A stretch of 59,536 nt of DNA, the filler included, from Sphacelaria rigidula (taxonomy: Eukaryota): NCBI GenBank assembly GCA_964200075.2. It is 5 parts of 5 records of this genome, joined end to end, with 100 filler letters (N's around TTAATTAATTAA, not from the genome) between each part and the next. Parts side by side here need not be neighbours in the genome. Positions count along the whole stretch, not along the records: positions 35,788 to 47,612 come from CAXNAA020004453.1; positions 47,713 to 59,536 come from CAXNAA020004454.1; 3 more parts are not named here. One strand, 5' to 3'. Positions 39,601 through 53,559 of the stretch are shown here, piece after piece. Under the pieces are notes generated by a model. The model was not told the DNA's origin, did no database searches, and saw nothing but the letters and a program-made list of their open reading frames with translations. Position numbers and translations under genes: made by a program. Numbering within the stretch: the stretch's first letter is position 1; every line of letters starts with the position of its first letter.

Positions 39601-42600
39601 AGCATGTAATCACGCCCAAACCATTCATGCTGTGGTGCTAAAGCCCGCTTCTCTGTTTCCGCGACGCAGGCCATCCGATGTCATGACGGTACTTCGACAA
39701 GTGCAGTCATTCTTACTTGCCCAGCATTCACAAGATCCGAGTGGGTTGCAGGAATACTTACTACGAGCGCTGATCGGCATTTGCGAGGTGATGAAATATG
39801 TAGTTAAGACTTTTTCTCTGTCGCCTAGTTGAGCTGGCTGTGACTGCTGACACTCAACGAGGTCAAGGTTCAAAGCCAACTCGAACAGTTTCAAAAGGGA
39901 TGACGCGTACGATGTTGCTTACGCCTACCTTCCATTCCGGACCAGTTGTATGGGTTACTGTAGTGCTTCCTGGAGCCAACTCATGTGCGAAGACTCCCAT
40001 CAGGCATGCGCTGTCAACACGTTCGTGGTCTGTCTAGGATCTACCGAAAAGTTTTGTTGAGCAGAGCAGCAGAGTTTCCGGATTGACTGGCGATCAGCTG
40101 CTTCTGTCATCTAGTAATATAGAAGCATCCATAGGTAGTTTGCACCTTGATCTTATACTGGAATTTCAAAACAGGAGAGCATTTATCAACTACATCCACA
40201 CGACGAAACTTCAACCAAAATTCGTCTCTGTAGAGATGCTTAGTACCAAGAAGGTGAAATATTACGCGCTCAGCACTACATGTCGGACATGTTGAAATAC
40301 CGCTGCCTGCGACGCTTGTGTAGGCGTCGTGTGCTTTGGAATTCGAGCTGGATCTCGTTCGAGTTTGCATGGACTTGGAGAGCGCCGCTGCCGTGCGCGT
40401 AGCGCGTACAACAATGGGCGGGGCTGAGAGCGTTGACTCGGAGACTTCTTCACAGCGCGAGGCAAGTGCGGCCTGGACTCGTGGGGCAGGAGAGGAGTTG
40501 CAGCAATTTATTTCCACTCTTATTTCGGCAGCTTGTCGCGCTAAACGCCAGGCGTGTCGGCAAGATAGAGAGCGCGTGGTACGCGATGCAGGCTTCGACC
40601 CGGCTATGTCATCGAAATGGGTGTTCATCAGCGAGGGTGGGCAATTAGTTTCCAGTGCAGACAGCGGCCATAGCCACAGTTTGGTCCACCAGTGCTTGCG
40701 GCGCGGCACATGGTCATGGACGCTCGGTTTGGAACGGGAGAGTAGCGGCGACGAGACAACGTGTGTGGGCGTTGCAGTGCACCCTGTGATCAACTCATGC
40801 TACGAAGACTCTCATCAGGTGCGCGCCGTCAACATGTTCGTAATTCATCTAGGGTCTGCCAATGCCGTTTGGTCCGCAGAGCGGTGTAGTGTTGAGATCG
40901 ACCGATGATTAGTTGTTTCTGATATTTGTACGTAGGCCGGCCGCACGGTTTGCTTTTGAAATGATCGCTTCATTAGCATTACACACATGGCACCACCGGC
41001 CGAACTCGGTGCAGTTATCGAACTTTGTGCGACTGTTTCATGATATTGCTGCTAATTCATTGTCAGATGTGGATGGTCCGCTGCTACAGTGGAGAAACGT
41101 ACAGCAATGGGGGACGTAGGAATATTATGACCTGCAAAATACACCCGCTGGATTCGATACGGCTGACGTTGAACTGCGAAGCCGGTACACTCTCATTGGA
41201 GGTGAACGGAGTCGATCAAGGCGTCGTCTTTTCCAATGTTCCCCGGGATGTTCATCCTGCAGTATGCTTTTATGGGGTTACGAAGTCAGTGCGTCTTGTG
41301 GAGCTCAAGCGAATAGATGGCGATTCTGACAGTGATATGTCGGACAACGACGAGGACAGCGATTCCTGCGAAATCAGCGAACGGCCGCTCCACCAAGCCA
41401 ATGAGGCCACAGGTTTAGAGGAACAAACGGCGCAACACTTGAATAATTCCCGTGTACCGGAGCGAGGCCGAGATGGTACGCTCGCTGGCCCTTCACTCTC
41501 TTGCGGCGAATTCGCGATGACTGGCGCTGGAAATCGCAAAGCGGATGAGAGCTTGCGCTCTAGACGAGATCGGCGAAGGGCAGCCCGGGGAGAAGACGAT
41601 GCTGTAGCTGAAGCTATTCGAGCCTCCACGGCATCCTCACAATCTACAGGTCTCCTTGCCGGTTTGTCGAACTTCGCGCAATGGTACGTTCCGCGCGACC
41701 GAGAGCCGTTGGGAGAGGGGCAAGACACGTCGGACGAGCAGGCGGCCATTGCAGCTACAAAAGGGGGTACACCGTTGTGGATGTCCAGTCGTCAAGGAAA
41801 CGCCGAGGTTACGTCTGCCGACTTACCTACAGGTACGATGTCAGAGGGCCGGAGTATTTAGGGTAGCTATGGGGGTGTGTTGAATTCCAAATGTTGTACA
41901 GGGGACAGACTGCTACCCTCGCGAAGGCCTTCAACGCCTGTCTCTGTTTGTTTACGCCGCTGGATATCGTGGGAACAGATTCGACTGCCGATTACGACTG
42001 GAGTATCGCTGGCCGAGGAGGCCATCCTGTCGACGCCAGGCGACGCTTCAGGTGAATTATTTTCTGGTTGTTGTACGTGGGGATTCCCTTCGATCGTACT
42101 TTTGAGTCACAGGTGCAGGTAGTTACGTGCGTTGTCTTCCTAACCAAAATACTCCCGCCATCGAATCACTTGCAATGCATGAAGCTTCGAGAACGCGGGT
42201 GACAATGACTCGTGGCGGCACGCGGCACATAGAGTAGTAAGCAACTCTGAGCAGAACCTCGTCAGCAGTAGGCGGCCTACGACGAGCAGAACAACAGGAG
42301 TCTCTACACTTTCTAGACCAATCGTCATGGAGCATCGGCGAGTAGCTGTCCGATCGAGAGCGCCAGCCCGTGTGCCGTCAGCTGCTGTGGAGGCCTACGC
42401 TTCTGTTTCACCATCTGTTTCACCATCTGTTTCATCCAACAAGCGCAAGCCTCTGTCTCTGGAGGAGCCGTACGTGATCCAACCTACAGCGACAGTATTC
42501 CACAAGCTGTACCAGTTGCTGGTGCGATCACTTGCGCAGGAGAAGGCCGAGAAGAGCCAAGACAAATCGGCAGGGGCGTTCGACTCGACAAGGCAGGCCG

Positions 42601-45600
42601 ATGGTGTTCTGGGAGGCGTGAAAGGGACGGCGAGATCGAGAGCGCTCTCCTTGTTGCAAATTATGCGGGCAAATTTCTGTCGCCTAGTGGACGCGCATGT
42701 CGATCCCGCTGAAGTAGGTCTTCTGCTGGGGCCCGATGGAGAACATCACTGGCCTGGTGTGTCTACTGGGGCGGACAAGCAGAACAACACGGCAAGAGTT
42801 CTGCCAAATATTTTGCGCTGCCTCCAGGGCATCATGCTTCAAGACAGCGAGTCTTCACTACTCCGCGCTGCAGTTGACACAATATCCAGTGGTCTTCCTC
42901 TCTTGCTGCCTCAAGTTAAAGACCGTCTCCATCTTTTGCTAGCGCTGGTGCGCCATCTTAAACGCCCCAGCAAAGATGGCGGTGTCGACACACGCCAAAA
43001 CGCCGCTACAGAGGATAACACGAGCTCGGTCGCGGAGGACTTCGAGGGAAAGATGAACACAGGGGTTCCACGAGAACGCGTGACGCTCTTGCGTAACCTG
43101 CTTCGCCATTTCGCCCGCACAGAGTCTGTTCTACAGCTTCTAGCCCTGTTTGAGGAGAACGAGGCAGAGAGAGACGCCGTGTCAAATCTTTTCGAGTTAA
43201 TGCTCACGTCCATGGCAGACAAGGCCTGCCTAGACTCAGGGAACCTTATCAGCACGGGTGATACCAGAGAGAAATCCGAGGAGCATGAGACACCGCCCCA
43301 CGTTGCACACAGCGGAGAAAGAGAAAACCCTGACGACCGATCATTGGCCGAGTGTGACGCTGACGTGGATGCTGTAGACGACGGAAAAGTAGTTTCCTAC
43401 GCTAGTCACTGGGAGGAACTAGTGGCCAGTGGCGCTGGAGGAACGACCCTGAATTTCACGCTGCTCGAAACGTGTCAACAACATTTGTTGTGGATGGTGC
43501 TTAGCCGGGATCGCACGCAGGAAAATCCTTACGAACTTCTTCTGTGCCAGTACGGGCAATGCCTTCTTCAGGTGAGATTTATAATTGAACCATGCCCAAG
43601 AAGGTAATACCTGAGGTTTTACATACGACGGAGCGGCCATCCCTACAAGTATACTTGAAAGGTTTTGAAAGCGGGTACGTTCTTGGGCCCGCTTTCGTTG
43701 AAGGTCATGATTGCTTCCTATCTCCATTCCGTCGGGTGCGATTGTGTCGATTGTATTCTTTGAGAAAAAAAAAAGACTTCGGATGACGCTGGCGGCAAAT
43801 ATCGCGTTCTCATTGCACGCCGTATGGTCGGTGTGTGTATCATTCAAGTTCAGAAGAGTGCTCAGCAATTACTTCCTCAACAAATTTCAGTGGTCGAATA
43901 AGATACATTTAATCCTCCCTGACCCCTCTCGGCAGGTGTGTTGCCGCGTCCTCAACGCAAGACCTCCCTCAGTTGAAGATGACATGGAGGACGACGGGAG
44001 TCCGTCGTGGCATCTGTTGGGAGTTCTGTTGCCCCCGTTTCTCCACGGGCTGTGCTTGTGCTCGGATCGCCCCAGGGTTGCCGAGGGTGTATTGCCTTCT
44101 CTGGTGAGCTTTGAGTAAGAGCTTTACTTTGCTGTGCCTTCTGCAGCTGTAGAAGTCACCGTGACCAACCGTCAAATTCATATCCTTGCCTGCGGTAAAG
44201 GCTCGGTGGACCCCTGAGCGTACTGAATCCGCATTTATAACGTTAGCCGAGAAGATATTCCTGAGCTGTCCCGCAATTTATCTCACGGACGTGCTGCTTT
44301 TCCGACTGCACGTTAGGTGGGTCTGTCCCAGGCCCTATCAACCCGTATCGCTCGAAACCCGAACGAGGCAAAGGTCGCCGCCATGGCGGATGCAATTTTG
44401 CGGCAAACCCAGCTGACAAACCCCGAGGAGGGTCTCGCCTTGGCTCCATCAGGCTGGCATCCAGTCCGCGCGTCGTTTGAGGTGGATAAGGTGAACACGG
44501 CGTCGGGGTTGTCTCTACAGTTGGCATAATTTATCTTGTCTGTATTTTGCAGTGACGATATGGTGGCATTAGAGAGGTGTGTCATAACTCACGCCCCTCA
44601 CAGCTCTACAATGGACCAAAGAATTGCGTACCCTCCCCGTGCCTGATGCCACAGGACTGCATGACGTCCTTTGCTATTTCCGAAGACGGGCAGCTGTATT
44701 CAGCTTTGACTTCCAGCAACACCTGCGCCCTAGTTGACGTTGGCGTGTCACAAGGCAAGGCCGCTTGGGAATTCCTGTTGGAAGAAGACACACACAGGTG
44801 CGTCGCGCCCCAAAACAGATCGCACGGTCCGGCCCTATTATAATACTATTTTTCGCTCACCAAGTGTGTCGTCAGTGTGAGCAGCTGTCCTTTATGTGAA
44901 TGATGTACACTGCGGAAATTGAGGAAAGACTCGACAGTGGAGATACAAGCAGCATTCAGGAAGTACGCGTGACCATTTCCCACTCTTAGCCTGAACATAA
45001 CAAAACCATTGTCTGAAAAATGCTAAATTGTTGTTTTTGAATTACTGCAACGTGGGCCCAGTGACGAATGCTCGGTGTTCGGCGTGGCGACGAAGCCGCT
45101 GTACAGTCGATGCTACAACTCAAGCCATTACTTGCGAATGAGACGAGCATACAACGGCGTTTTGTATGATCGAGGCCGCCAGCTACCCTCGTCTCATAAC
45201 TTGTGCAAGGTGCATCCTGGGGATGTGATCCGATGCGAGGTGGATATGGATGAAGGCACTGTGTGGTTCAGGTGAGGCTGAAACGCCCGAAAGTACGAGA
45301 ATGTCACCTGCGTGAGGACTCAAAGGCTGTGAGCATTTTAATTTCTTGGCAAGTTTGTGAACGTTCGGCTGTGGTTTGGCCAGCAACGGTTTCTAATTCC
45401 ACCGATCATCATCTGGCGTAGATATGCCATGTTTTTCCTACTTCCGGTTGCGGACTTGATAAGATGCCCATCCGTACGTCCTCGCGTATCAGCGTGAATG
45501 GCGAAAAGCAAGATGGAGGCTTTCACGGCGTGGAGGGAGAGGTGTTTCCGTGCGCGGGCAGCTATAGGTCAGGCGTAGCCATCAGACTTCTCAAGGTAGG

Positions 45601-47403
45601 CGCCAGATTTTAGCACGTTGCTAAACCGGGGGAGAGTTGACATGTACCTTCATAAAGTGGGATGAGAAGAACTTGATTCCACCAATCGTGCGGAAATGAC
45701 GCTCGTATCACTTTTTATTTTGTTTTTCAATTTCTTCAACCTTAGCCTCCGGCAGCCTTTGGTCATTGTTCGACCTGGGGTTTGGGAGATGAAAAGTGAA
45801 AATCGGAGAGTCGTGGCGTCTGGTTGTTTACCCTGACGCGGTGCGTTTAGCGCTTCGCACTCACTGGAACTGCAATGGACCGCAGCGTACTATAATACGC
45901 TCCGACGAGGACCCCCCTCTTTTCATCAACGAGTCCGCCGGTAACGCTTTGAAGTTTAAAATAGTTTTGCAGCCCGGGAATGGTTCCAGTAGTCTCACCG
46001 ACTGATGTGTTTGAAAGTCATCCTATGCATCACTGGGACGCTATATACGACCATTTTTGCGTCCATCTCGTGCACTTCGCTTTCAATGCTCAGATGGAAA
46101 TCATGGGCAAATTCGGCTTAACCAGAGGTGACGAAAACGGGGCGGGAGCTTTGGCTTGGGATCCAACCGAGGTACGGTGGGAGATTTCTCATTATGGTGA
46201 TATCGTTTCAAGAGCGCGCTCTTCGCTTCGTTCGAGATGGTTATCTAAGCTACTGCTGATCTAGCAGTTGCGCAAACCGTCTGGTGGAAGTATTTGGCAT
46301 GCTGGTGGTATTTATTCAGTACTGTCTTTTGCGAGCAACCGACGGCTGGTGCTCACGCGGTAGTATCATGTATCCCACGCATGAAAGATGCACCCGTAAA
46401 GCCCTGCGTCTAACGTCACCTTCGGCTGTACCACTATCAGTAGTACTGAAGAAACAGCGTTGCTCGCTTATCGTTGCGCTCGTTGCGTGAACCATTTCGT
46501 CGTACGACCAACTGCGCATGCTTGAATGTTGTTTCCACTTGACTCCAGCTATCGTGGGCGCCTGCACCTTGTTCCAAGGCCACCCGAGGAGGAGTTGTCT
46601 CGATAGACAAAAAGGCGATGGAACTTAGGAGGATGAACGGATTTTGTCTCAAAAATCGACAGCATGGCCTGGCATCGACAATACGTACTGCTCGCGCAGG
46701 CGAGCGCCCATCTGTTGAAAGCTGTGATCCGGATGCTTCATTGTCGACAACTGTATCTCCAGAGCAGAACGCCGTGGTGCATGATCATTTTGACCGTTAC
46801 CCGACAGAAGGGGTGGCGGCACGATCGTCTGCTGTTGGGACGCTAGAAATCGCGGAGGCTGAGGCATGGGATTGGGTTACTGTACAGGCTACACGTGGGT
46901 TCCGAGCATCCCAAGGCAAGCATGCGGTAGAGATGGAGGTGACACCAGTGGGTACTGGAAGAAGGCGGCCTGTCGGGGACACTAGGAAGGGCAACACAGA
47001 CAAGACCAGCCTCAGGTGTAGTAACTAAACAATCCTTCGACACAGCGTTTGAAATAAAGCGAAGTCTGAAGTCTTCGCACTAAACTTGAATGTGTGAATG
47101 CCGTGGGATTTTTCAAAAATAATCTACCGTGTTTATGATCTATACGCTGGGCTTGTGCGTGAACTTAATATCTTGGGCTCGTGTCACTTCTTGCCGCCCT
47201 GGCACAAGTGGGTCCCCTTTGCTCATGCGCCGCTGTTGATTTGTGGACCCATGATGTTCACCAGGCGATACCCGATGGCATTTGGCCTGTGCACGGAAAA
47301 TGCTCGATCCCATGACTGCCCTGTCGGACTTGTCGAGGGAAGTTGGGGATGGTGGACTGATGGCTCTCTACGAGCTCACGGAACAGTTTTTGCACAAGCA
47401 CGG
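36613..47403 (+). CDS. Large multi-exon multi-SPRY (B30.2) domain protein, HERC/HECT-ligase-like; partial at both ends
   Basis: Phase-consistent GT-AG exons: 36613-36668, 36824-37079, 37330-37497, 37714-37967, 39252-39404, 39670-39787, 40324-40818, 41067-41832, 41979-42051, 42317-43571, 43936-44103, 44317-44490, 44655-44797, 45062-45271, 45493-45595, 46094-46171, 46579-47015, 47265-47403. SPRY motifs: RRGTWSW..TCVGVA..GTLSLEVNGVDQGVVF..VHPAVCFY; GKAAWEF..FGVA..PGDVIRCEVDMDEGTV..VFPC; TVQATRGF..GKHAVE..SWGWWTDG. No HECT domain within the contig. Confidence 0.85.
42317..43571 (+). CDS. Largest exon of the multi-SPRY gene (helical inter-SPRY region)
   Basis: Lies within the 426-aa ORF 42327-43607. 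TAG acceptor at 42316, GTGAGA donor at 43572. Confidence 0.88.
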
Positions 47404-47553
47404 GTGAGTCGACGTTCAAGGGTGGAGGTGGAGCTCCACCGTCGCGATGTTCTTGTTCCCGCACAATTGTGGATGCGCTTTGTTACATGAGATTGCGTTG
47501 TGAGCTTATCGTGTTGTTTTGCGTGTGACCCCCTACCCCCCCCCCCTTTGATT

Positions 47554-47612
47554 GCTCCGTCTCGAAAGGGATGCGTGGTCAATGGTCAAATGACTAAGGC
47601 AAGCAACAAATG
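47554..47612 (+). repeat. Short interspersed element family A (truncated by contig end)
   Basis: Identical to 35953-36011 and preceded by a C-tract. Confidence 0.9.
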
Positions 47613-47712
47613 NNNNNNNNNNNNNNNNNNNNNNNNNNNNNNNNNNNNNNNNNNNNTTAATTAATTAANNNNNNNNNNNNNNNNNNNNNNNNNNNNNNNN
47701 NNNNNNNNNNNN
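47613..47712. other. Artificial contig spacer
   Basis: N44-TTAATTAATTAA-N44. Confidence 0.98.
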
Positions 47713-50414
47713 GTTATTCCTTCCACAAAAAACCCCCAACCCGCCCCGGGAGCACACAAACCCCCCCAAAAAAAAAAGTAAACGCTCCCCCCCCCCCCCC
47801 CCCCCCCCACACCTCCCTCCTATGCAGATAGAAGGCACGAGAGTAGTCAATGGAACCAGGACGGAAATCACCGTCTCATGAGAGGGGCGGGGCGACAAGG
47901 TCACAGCATCGCTTAAGCGATGAAGCCCATGGTGCCTCCCTGCGTCCCCCTCTGTAAATATACACACTCGCAACACGGCAGTTTTGTGTTGCGCGCGCGC
48001 AGCATGTACTATTGTGTCACTGTTGTCCAAGGTGGTGACATACGTTGGTCATCCCCTTTCAGGTTGTCTCTCCTGAAGAATTTTTTTGTGCTATGCGTTG
48101 TCAAAACAACAACAACAGCAGCAGTAGTAGCAGCAGCAGCAGCAATGCGCGTTTAGTCACTGTACCCTGCTGTGGGTGAAGTGCACCGCACTGTATCGTG
48201 TGATCGCAAAAAGAATCAATCCATGTGAGCGATACCTGGACGTAAACCCCACGATACTGGTACTGTCTATGGCGCTACTTCACAATACGAGAGCAAAAAG
48301 GATACGCATGCATGAGGTCAATATTCCCAGCGAGAATTGCACACGCTTACGCCGATCCTATGGAGTATCGGCTCAGATGTCACACCTTGTCGACGTCCAC
48401 CATACACACACCGCCGCGGCTTCCTTCATGTCTAAACTTGAGCTTCCGATGACGTGACAATTTCTTTCTTTTTTGTGTTAACAACTCCAAATACTTCATT
48501 ATCTCCCATCGACCCTGAATTAAATTTTTCAAGGTTGTGTTCTGAAGGGTATACCCGGAAGTGTGGGATTTTTGGTTGGCATACTGTACTGTTGTATCAT
48601 ACCGGGGTTTGTATCGAACATTCTGGTATGGTTTGGCAGGGTATCGAGCCCTGTTCCGAGCCGAACGCGATGTTTCAGGAGGGCATTTACCGATATAAAT
48701 AGAACGCCTCTTTTTCACACCACAGTACTGTAAACACCCGAATTCCAGTGGGTAAACCCCACAGAACACAGCCCTTGAAATTTTTTCATGCAAACTGGAT
48801 GCGACTAAAAGTCATCGTCAGTGGTGGGGAGCGCAGGTCGATAGGTCTGTGGCACAGGCCTACAGGCCAAGTTAGTCTCCCAAGGCCTCGATATGTGTGG
48901 GGTCGCAACGATGGGTATGTGTGTGAAAAGTCAGTGCTTGAAGCGAACGGTACATCTGCGTGCCTACTTTAAAGTACTTCGTGTACGCCGAAGAATCGAC
49001 GTAAATGACCTTGTCCACACTATATACTACTGTATATGTACCGTCGCGGCCCCCTTCATGCATTAACTCAACCTCTTGACCGTCAGGGTACGTTATCTGG
49101 CCACGCAGCAATTTTCAAGTGGAGATGATGCCGATTCAACAAATGACCTGCCCTGGCGGCCAAAGGGTTAGACATTTCCACGGAGATGACAAAATTTCAT
49201 TTTTTTTGTGGACAACCCCGAAAACATAAATTTCTCCCATCAGCTCCAAACTAAGCACCTCATCAAACCGGACGTGACGAAAGTTCAGTTTGTAGCAGCG
49301 GGGAGCACAGATCGATAGGTTGGTAGCGCAAGTTTACAGGCCAAAGCCAGTCGCCCCCATACCCTCAATATTCACGTGCCGTAACGATGGCTATATCGAC
49401 CAAGCATTGTGCATCGTCGTTCTCTTGTGTACGTTCGCATGTCACCTACGCATGCTCAACATGCGGGTTGAACCCCATTGTCATGTTACGGTACAGTACC
49501 GCGCTAACGTTTAGTGCCTTGCTGCCCAATTCAAGACCCCTGCGTTTCGACCGCAAATTGGTTTCGGCACCTTCGGTGTGACCGAGGGATAGACTGTTGA
49601 CAGAGAGAATAGTCAATAGCGCTGCATCGAGCTGAGGTGCCGTCTTACTTTTCAATTACGCGTATTTTTTGTGACGACGGAGGAGCGTTCGGATGATACT
49701 TCGGCAGGGGACGTGAGTACGTTGCGACATGTGGGCTGTTCCTCATCATTTTCATTCTCCGATTCTCATGTTTTTGTCTCGATGAGACGGGGCCTAAGTA
49801 CGGCAATGCCGTAATTCGACTCGTGGTAGTTGCTTCGACAGCGTATGTTCGGTAGATGTACCTCCGTGGTTCGAGGAACAAAATGTGACGTGTCCCGTCT
49901 AACTCATGAAGCCTCAACAGGATGGAAACCTGGTTCTGACAGTCACGTATTACGTGACGTGATGCCGGTTCAACACATGACGTCTCCGGGCGGGCAAAGG
50001 GCGAACATCTACATATAACGACGACGAGGGTGTCCACAAATCGGACCGGCATTGTGTTTACTGGATGGCCGTCTGTCACATGTGGTTACCCATGTGTGGG
50101 CTGTGAAAGTGTGAACGGCACGTACAGGTTGGGTATTCGATTTTTGTCGAGTGTCGGGGGCGCAGAGTTTCAGGTTCAAAAAAGTGAACCCGCTTCAATT
50201 CCATCATAACGCAAGGTCGAATTAGATGCACCCCCCATCTTGAAAGGAGTGGGATATAGATTAATAATATTTTTTACGAATAGACAAGGAATCGACGTTG
50301 GAGTGTCGCTGCTGGTCTGCAGCCCGTCAAACAAGCGTAATCGATGTGGTTAAGTGTTCAATGCCCGTGTTCTTTCCTTCATTCTGATCGTCGATCCACA
50401 CTTCTCGCCCACAG

Positions 50415-52848
50415 GCATGGAGAACGTGAACGGAGGAAGGTGTGCGGGACCCGACTGCTCAAAGCAGCCTCGATTTGCCCTCCCCGGAAACAAGGGCAAG
50501 TTCTGCTCCAAGCATCGGGAAGAGGGGATGGTCGACGTATTGTACACGGTGAGTTGCACCGATCACGCCGTATGGCACACGGCGTACGAGGAGTAGAAGG
50601 CGCATCCACGCGAATGAAGTTATTTCTTTTCTCCAAAGACGCACAAAACAGGCACTTTTGCATGAACATTCAAGTATACGGTGTGCGAAGGGTCGCAGTC
50701 AGCACCTTGGAGTGATTAAATATGACGCTCTGAGCATCCGCCTCAAAGTTGGGTAAGTGTGGATTCGGTACGAGCGCGCGAACAGTGCCCTTGAAAGCTT
50801 CGACGCCGAGTGCAGGCCCGCCTATCTTGCTACTTTGTTTGCCTTGTGCATCCCCGTTCGTGTATATTACTCTACCAGCTCTATCTGGACTTCTCTCGGT
50901 TGTTGTCTCTTCATCTCTACGGGTGTTCTGAATGCGTGTTTTGAGCCTACCCGATGATATATTGTGACGTACACTGCACCAACAGGGTAACCAGAAAGCG
51001 AGAACACCAAGCGATCGTGACTGACGGCTTAACCCGCTCTCCACTGCGCTCTGCTACCCCCTCGTTGTCTCGTCTCGCCCCCTTTTCCCTACTGCACGGC
51101 AGCCCTGCGCGACCCCCGGCTGCATGAAGCACCCGCACTTCGGCCACACCGATGGCGGCCCCCGCTACTGCGCACAGCACCGCGCGGAGGGCATGGTAGA
51201 CGTCAAGCACCGCCGCTGCGCCGTCAAAGGGTGTCGCAAGGACCGCCTACAGATTCCAGGCCCTCGTAAGCGCAGCAAGTTCTGCGAAATCCACCACTAC
51301 ACGGAAGCAGAGGAAGAGTTAGTGTACGGTTCTGCCTCGGCGGGTCGGGCAGCGGAGCAATCCATATCTCCTAGCGCAGGGCCGCCACGGCCGCCGACAC
51401 CGACAAACCCACCATTTTTAAAGAGACCCGCCTCGTCCTCTGCCATGAGCGAGTACAGCGGGAGCCGCGATAAACGTGGACGGATGATGTCTATCGCTGA
51501 ACGGTGAGAGACAGGGGGAGGGGGGCGGGGGCATTGTGTGCTCTTTTTGACAGTGAGTGCAACTCAAACAGGAGCTTGTGTGAATTCCTTTTAGAAGCAG
51601 TTTCCACCGTGCGAGGAAGCTATTCAAACATGCGAAGAGAACGGTTTGTTGCGCAACCGTTCGGCGTCATAAAAACAAGTATATACTGAAACGTTGCACG
51701 TGGTGAGGGCGCCATGATGCCCGCGTCACGAACGGAAGTTTTGTTTTGTCCGGAATCGGGAGTACCTCAAAGTAGCTGCTTGTTACCGTGGGGTTCGACA
51801 GTCCTATCAACGACTCGCGTGCGTTGGTCGTATTTGATATGGTTTCCATCACTAACGTCTCAGGGAAAGTGCTGGAGGCGTACCCGTGACCCAAGACGAC
51901 GGTAGCTTTCCACAGGCCTCGGAACCCAGGCTGCGTATACCCGGGGACGCCCAATTTGCCGGCGGCCCCGGCGAGCAGAAATGCCTACCTGGATTTTTGG
52001 CGACAGTTGGGCGCGCACTGCCAGAGGTTGCGTGGGTCGGAGGAGCGGTCGCGCCCTCCGAGTCCAGTCCTCGGTTCAAGAGTGCGCCTTTCGCCACCTG
52101 CTACAGCCCTGGGATGACTACGATCACGACGTCAACGCAGTCCGATCAGGCCTTCGTCGAGACAGGTGGGTCAATCTTGGAATATGATGAAGATGAACCA
52201 TGACCATTCAAGGTTGGCGATGGTGATTTTGTGTTACCTTGCTTTCCATGCTACCGCGTGCGCGGTGTTTGCTTCGATGTGGTATCTTTCAGCAACGTCT
52301 TGCTTGTGCGTGATGGAGTAAAACACAATTGACAGGAGGAAGCGCGTCTACTACATCCGGTAGTGAGAAACGAACAGCCTGCCGGCAGAAATCTACTCAC
52401 CCAGCTGTGCGCGTGGCAATTACACTTCGACATGGACGTTCACGTTCCCCCCTTAGGCTGGCGATTACAACCCAAAATCATTTCGCACCCCCTCCAAGCA
52501 GTTCGTCATGTTGTTGATCGCCATCCAGGGGTGGATTGTGTTCTTTGGGTACAACGTGGTCTTCCCTTCAAAATGGTGTTTTTAATTGAGATACTTTATC
52601 TCGTGTCGATGTCGTGTACTTACAGCGATCAAGCATATACCAAAACAGCGCTCTCGGTGCTCAAGGTCGCGAATTCAAGGGACGAGCCTTGGCTGTGGTC
52701 TCTCAAAGCAGCCAGGGCGGGTGATGCTTGTCTCTCTGTCTCGATTGATGAGATGAAGAGCAATACTGCGTACCAACCATGGCCTGTCCATACCAACACA
52801 CGTGTAGCCAAAAGCATGACCAACCCAAAGAACAAGGATAGCACAGTC

Positions 52849-52883
<35 letters not shown>

Positions 52884-53559
52884 ACCCCCGCCAACCACAC
52901 ACCACACACACACCCACACACCTCCCCANNNNNNNNNNCCCACACAACAAGACCAGCCCACTCATCCCCCCCCCCCCCCCCCTAACAAGTTATAGCGTCG
53001 ACTAAATATACAAAACGCTTCCGTGCCCATTTTTCAATCGCCCCTGTACGTTGCCCACCCACCAGCCCGCCGGAGCCAGACCCAGTCCGGCTACCGATCT
53101 GCAGGAGGTCAGGCCCTGACCGCCCTCGAGCCTGGTGACGCCAACCCATACCCGCTCTTCTCCCGAGAGGGAACACACAGTCACAACAGCGACGACAGAT
53201 CCCGTAGCGAAGGCGGCAGCGGCGGCAGAGCAAGCGGCGTCGATGGTAGGATACCGTGGGCTAGTTCCGCGGTATCTAGGCAGGCCTTGCCGTACCAACT
53301 GCCGCCGATTGCCACCGACATGGCAACAGGCATTCGGCCGTTCAGGCTACCGACTTGGAAACCGGCAGCGGCGCTGGTAGCGGATCAAGTTTCTTGGTAT
53401 CGGTCCTCCGCTTGGGGCTTTCCCAGCGGTAGTCGGGCTGGCTCAGTCGGCGGCGATGGGTCATGGGGAGGCTACGGTAGCCGGGATGTCGGGGTCGGTG
53501 CGGCAGGACGTGGGATGGTGATGCGAGAGTCCAGCAGCCGGCCGCCAGCCGTGATGTGA
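50415..53559 (+). CDS. EsV-1-7 cysteine-rich repeat protein with a low-complexity C-terminus
   Basis: Phase-consistent exons 50415-50548, 51103-51503, 51864-52165 and 53066-53559 (stop). Repeats GMENVNGGRCAGPDCSKQPRF..FCSKH, GMVDVLYTPCATPGCMKHPHF..YCAQH and GMVDVKHRRCAVKGC..FCEIH match the EsV-1-7 consensus GMV.V....C....C...P.F.......C..H. The 5' end is uncertain (ATG at 50417 or an upstream exon). Confidence 0.88.

Noticed and set aside
48826-49392. ~95-bp diverged direct repeat about 470 bp apart, as possible LTRs
   Set aside because: No TG...CA ends, PBS or TSD were identified.
52363-52995. 210-aa ORF with poly-Pro
   Set aside because: It is intronic, spans a poly-C tract and an N gap, and has no coding signature.
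50415-53559. Integrated phaeovirus segment
   Set aside because: The gene has spliceosomal introns and no viral core genes are nearby.
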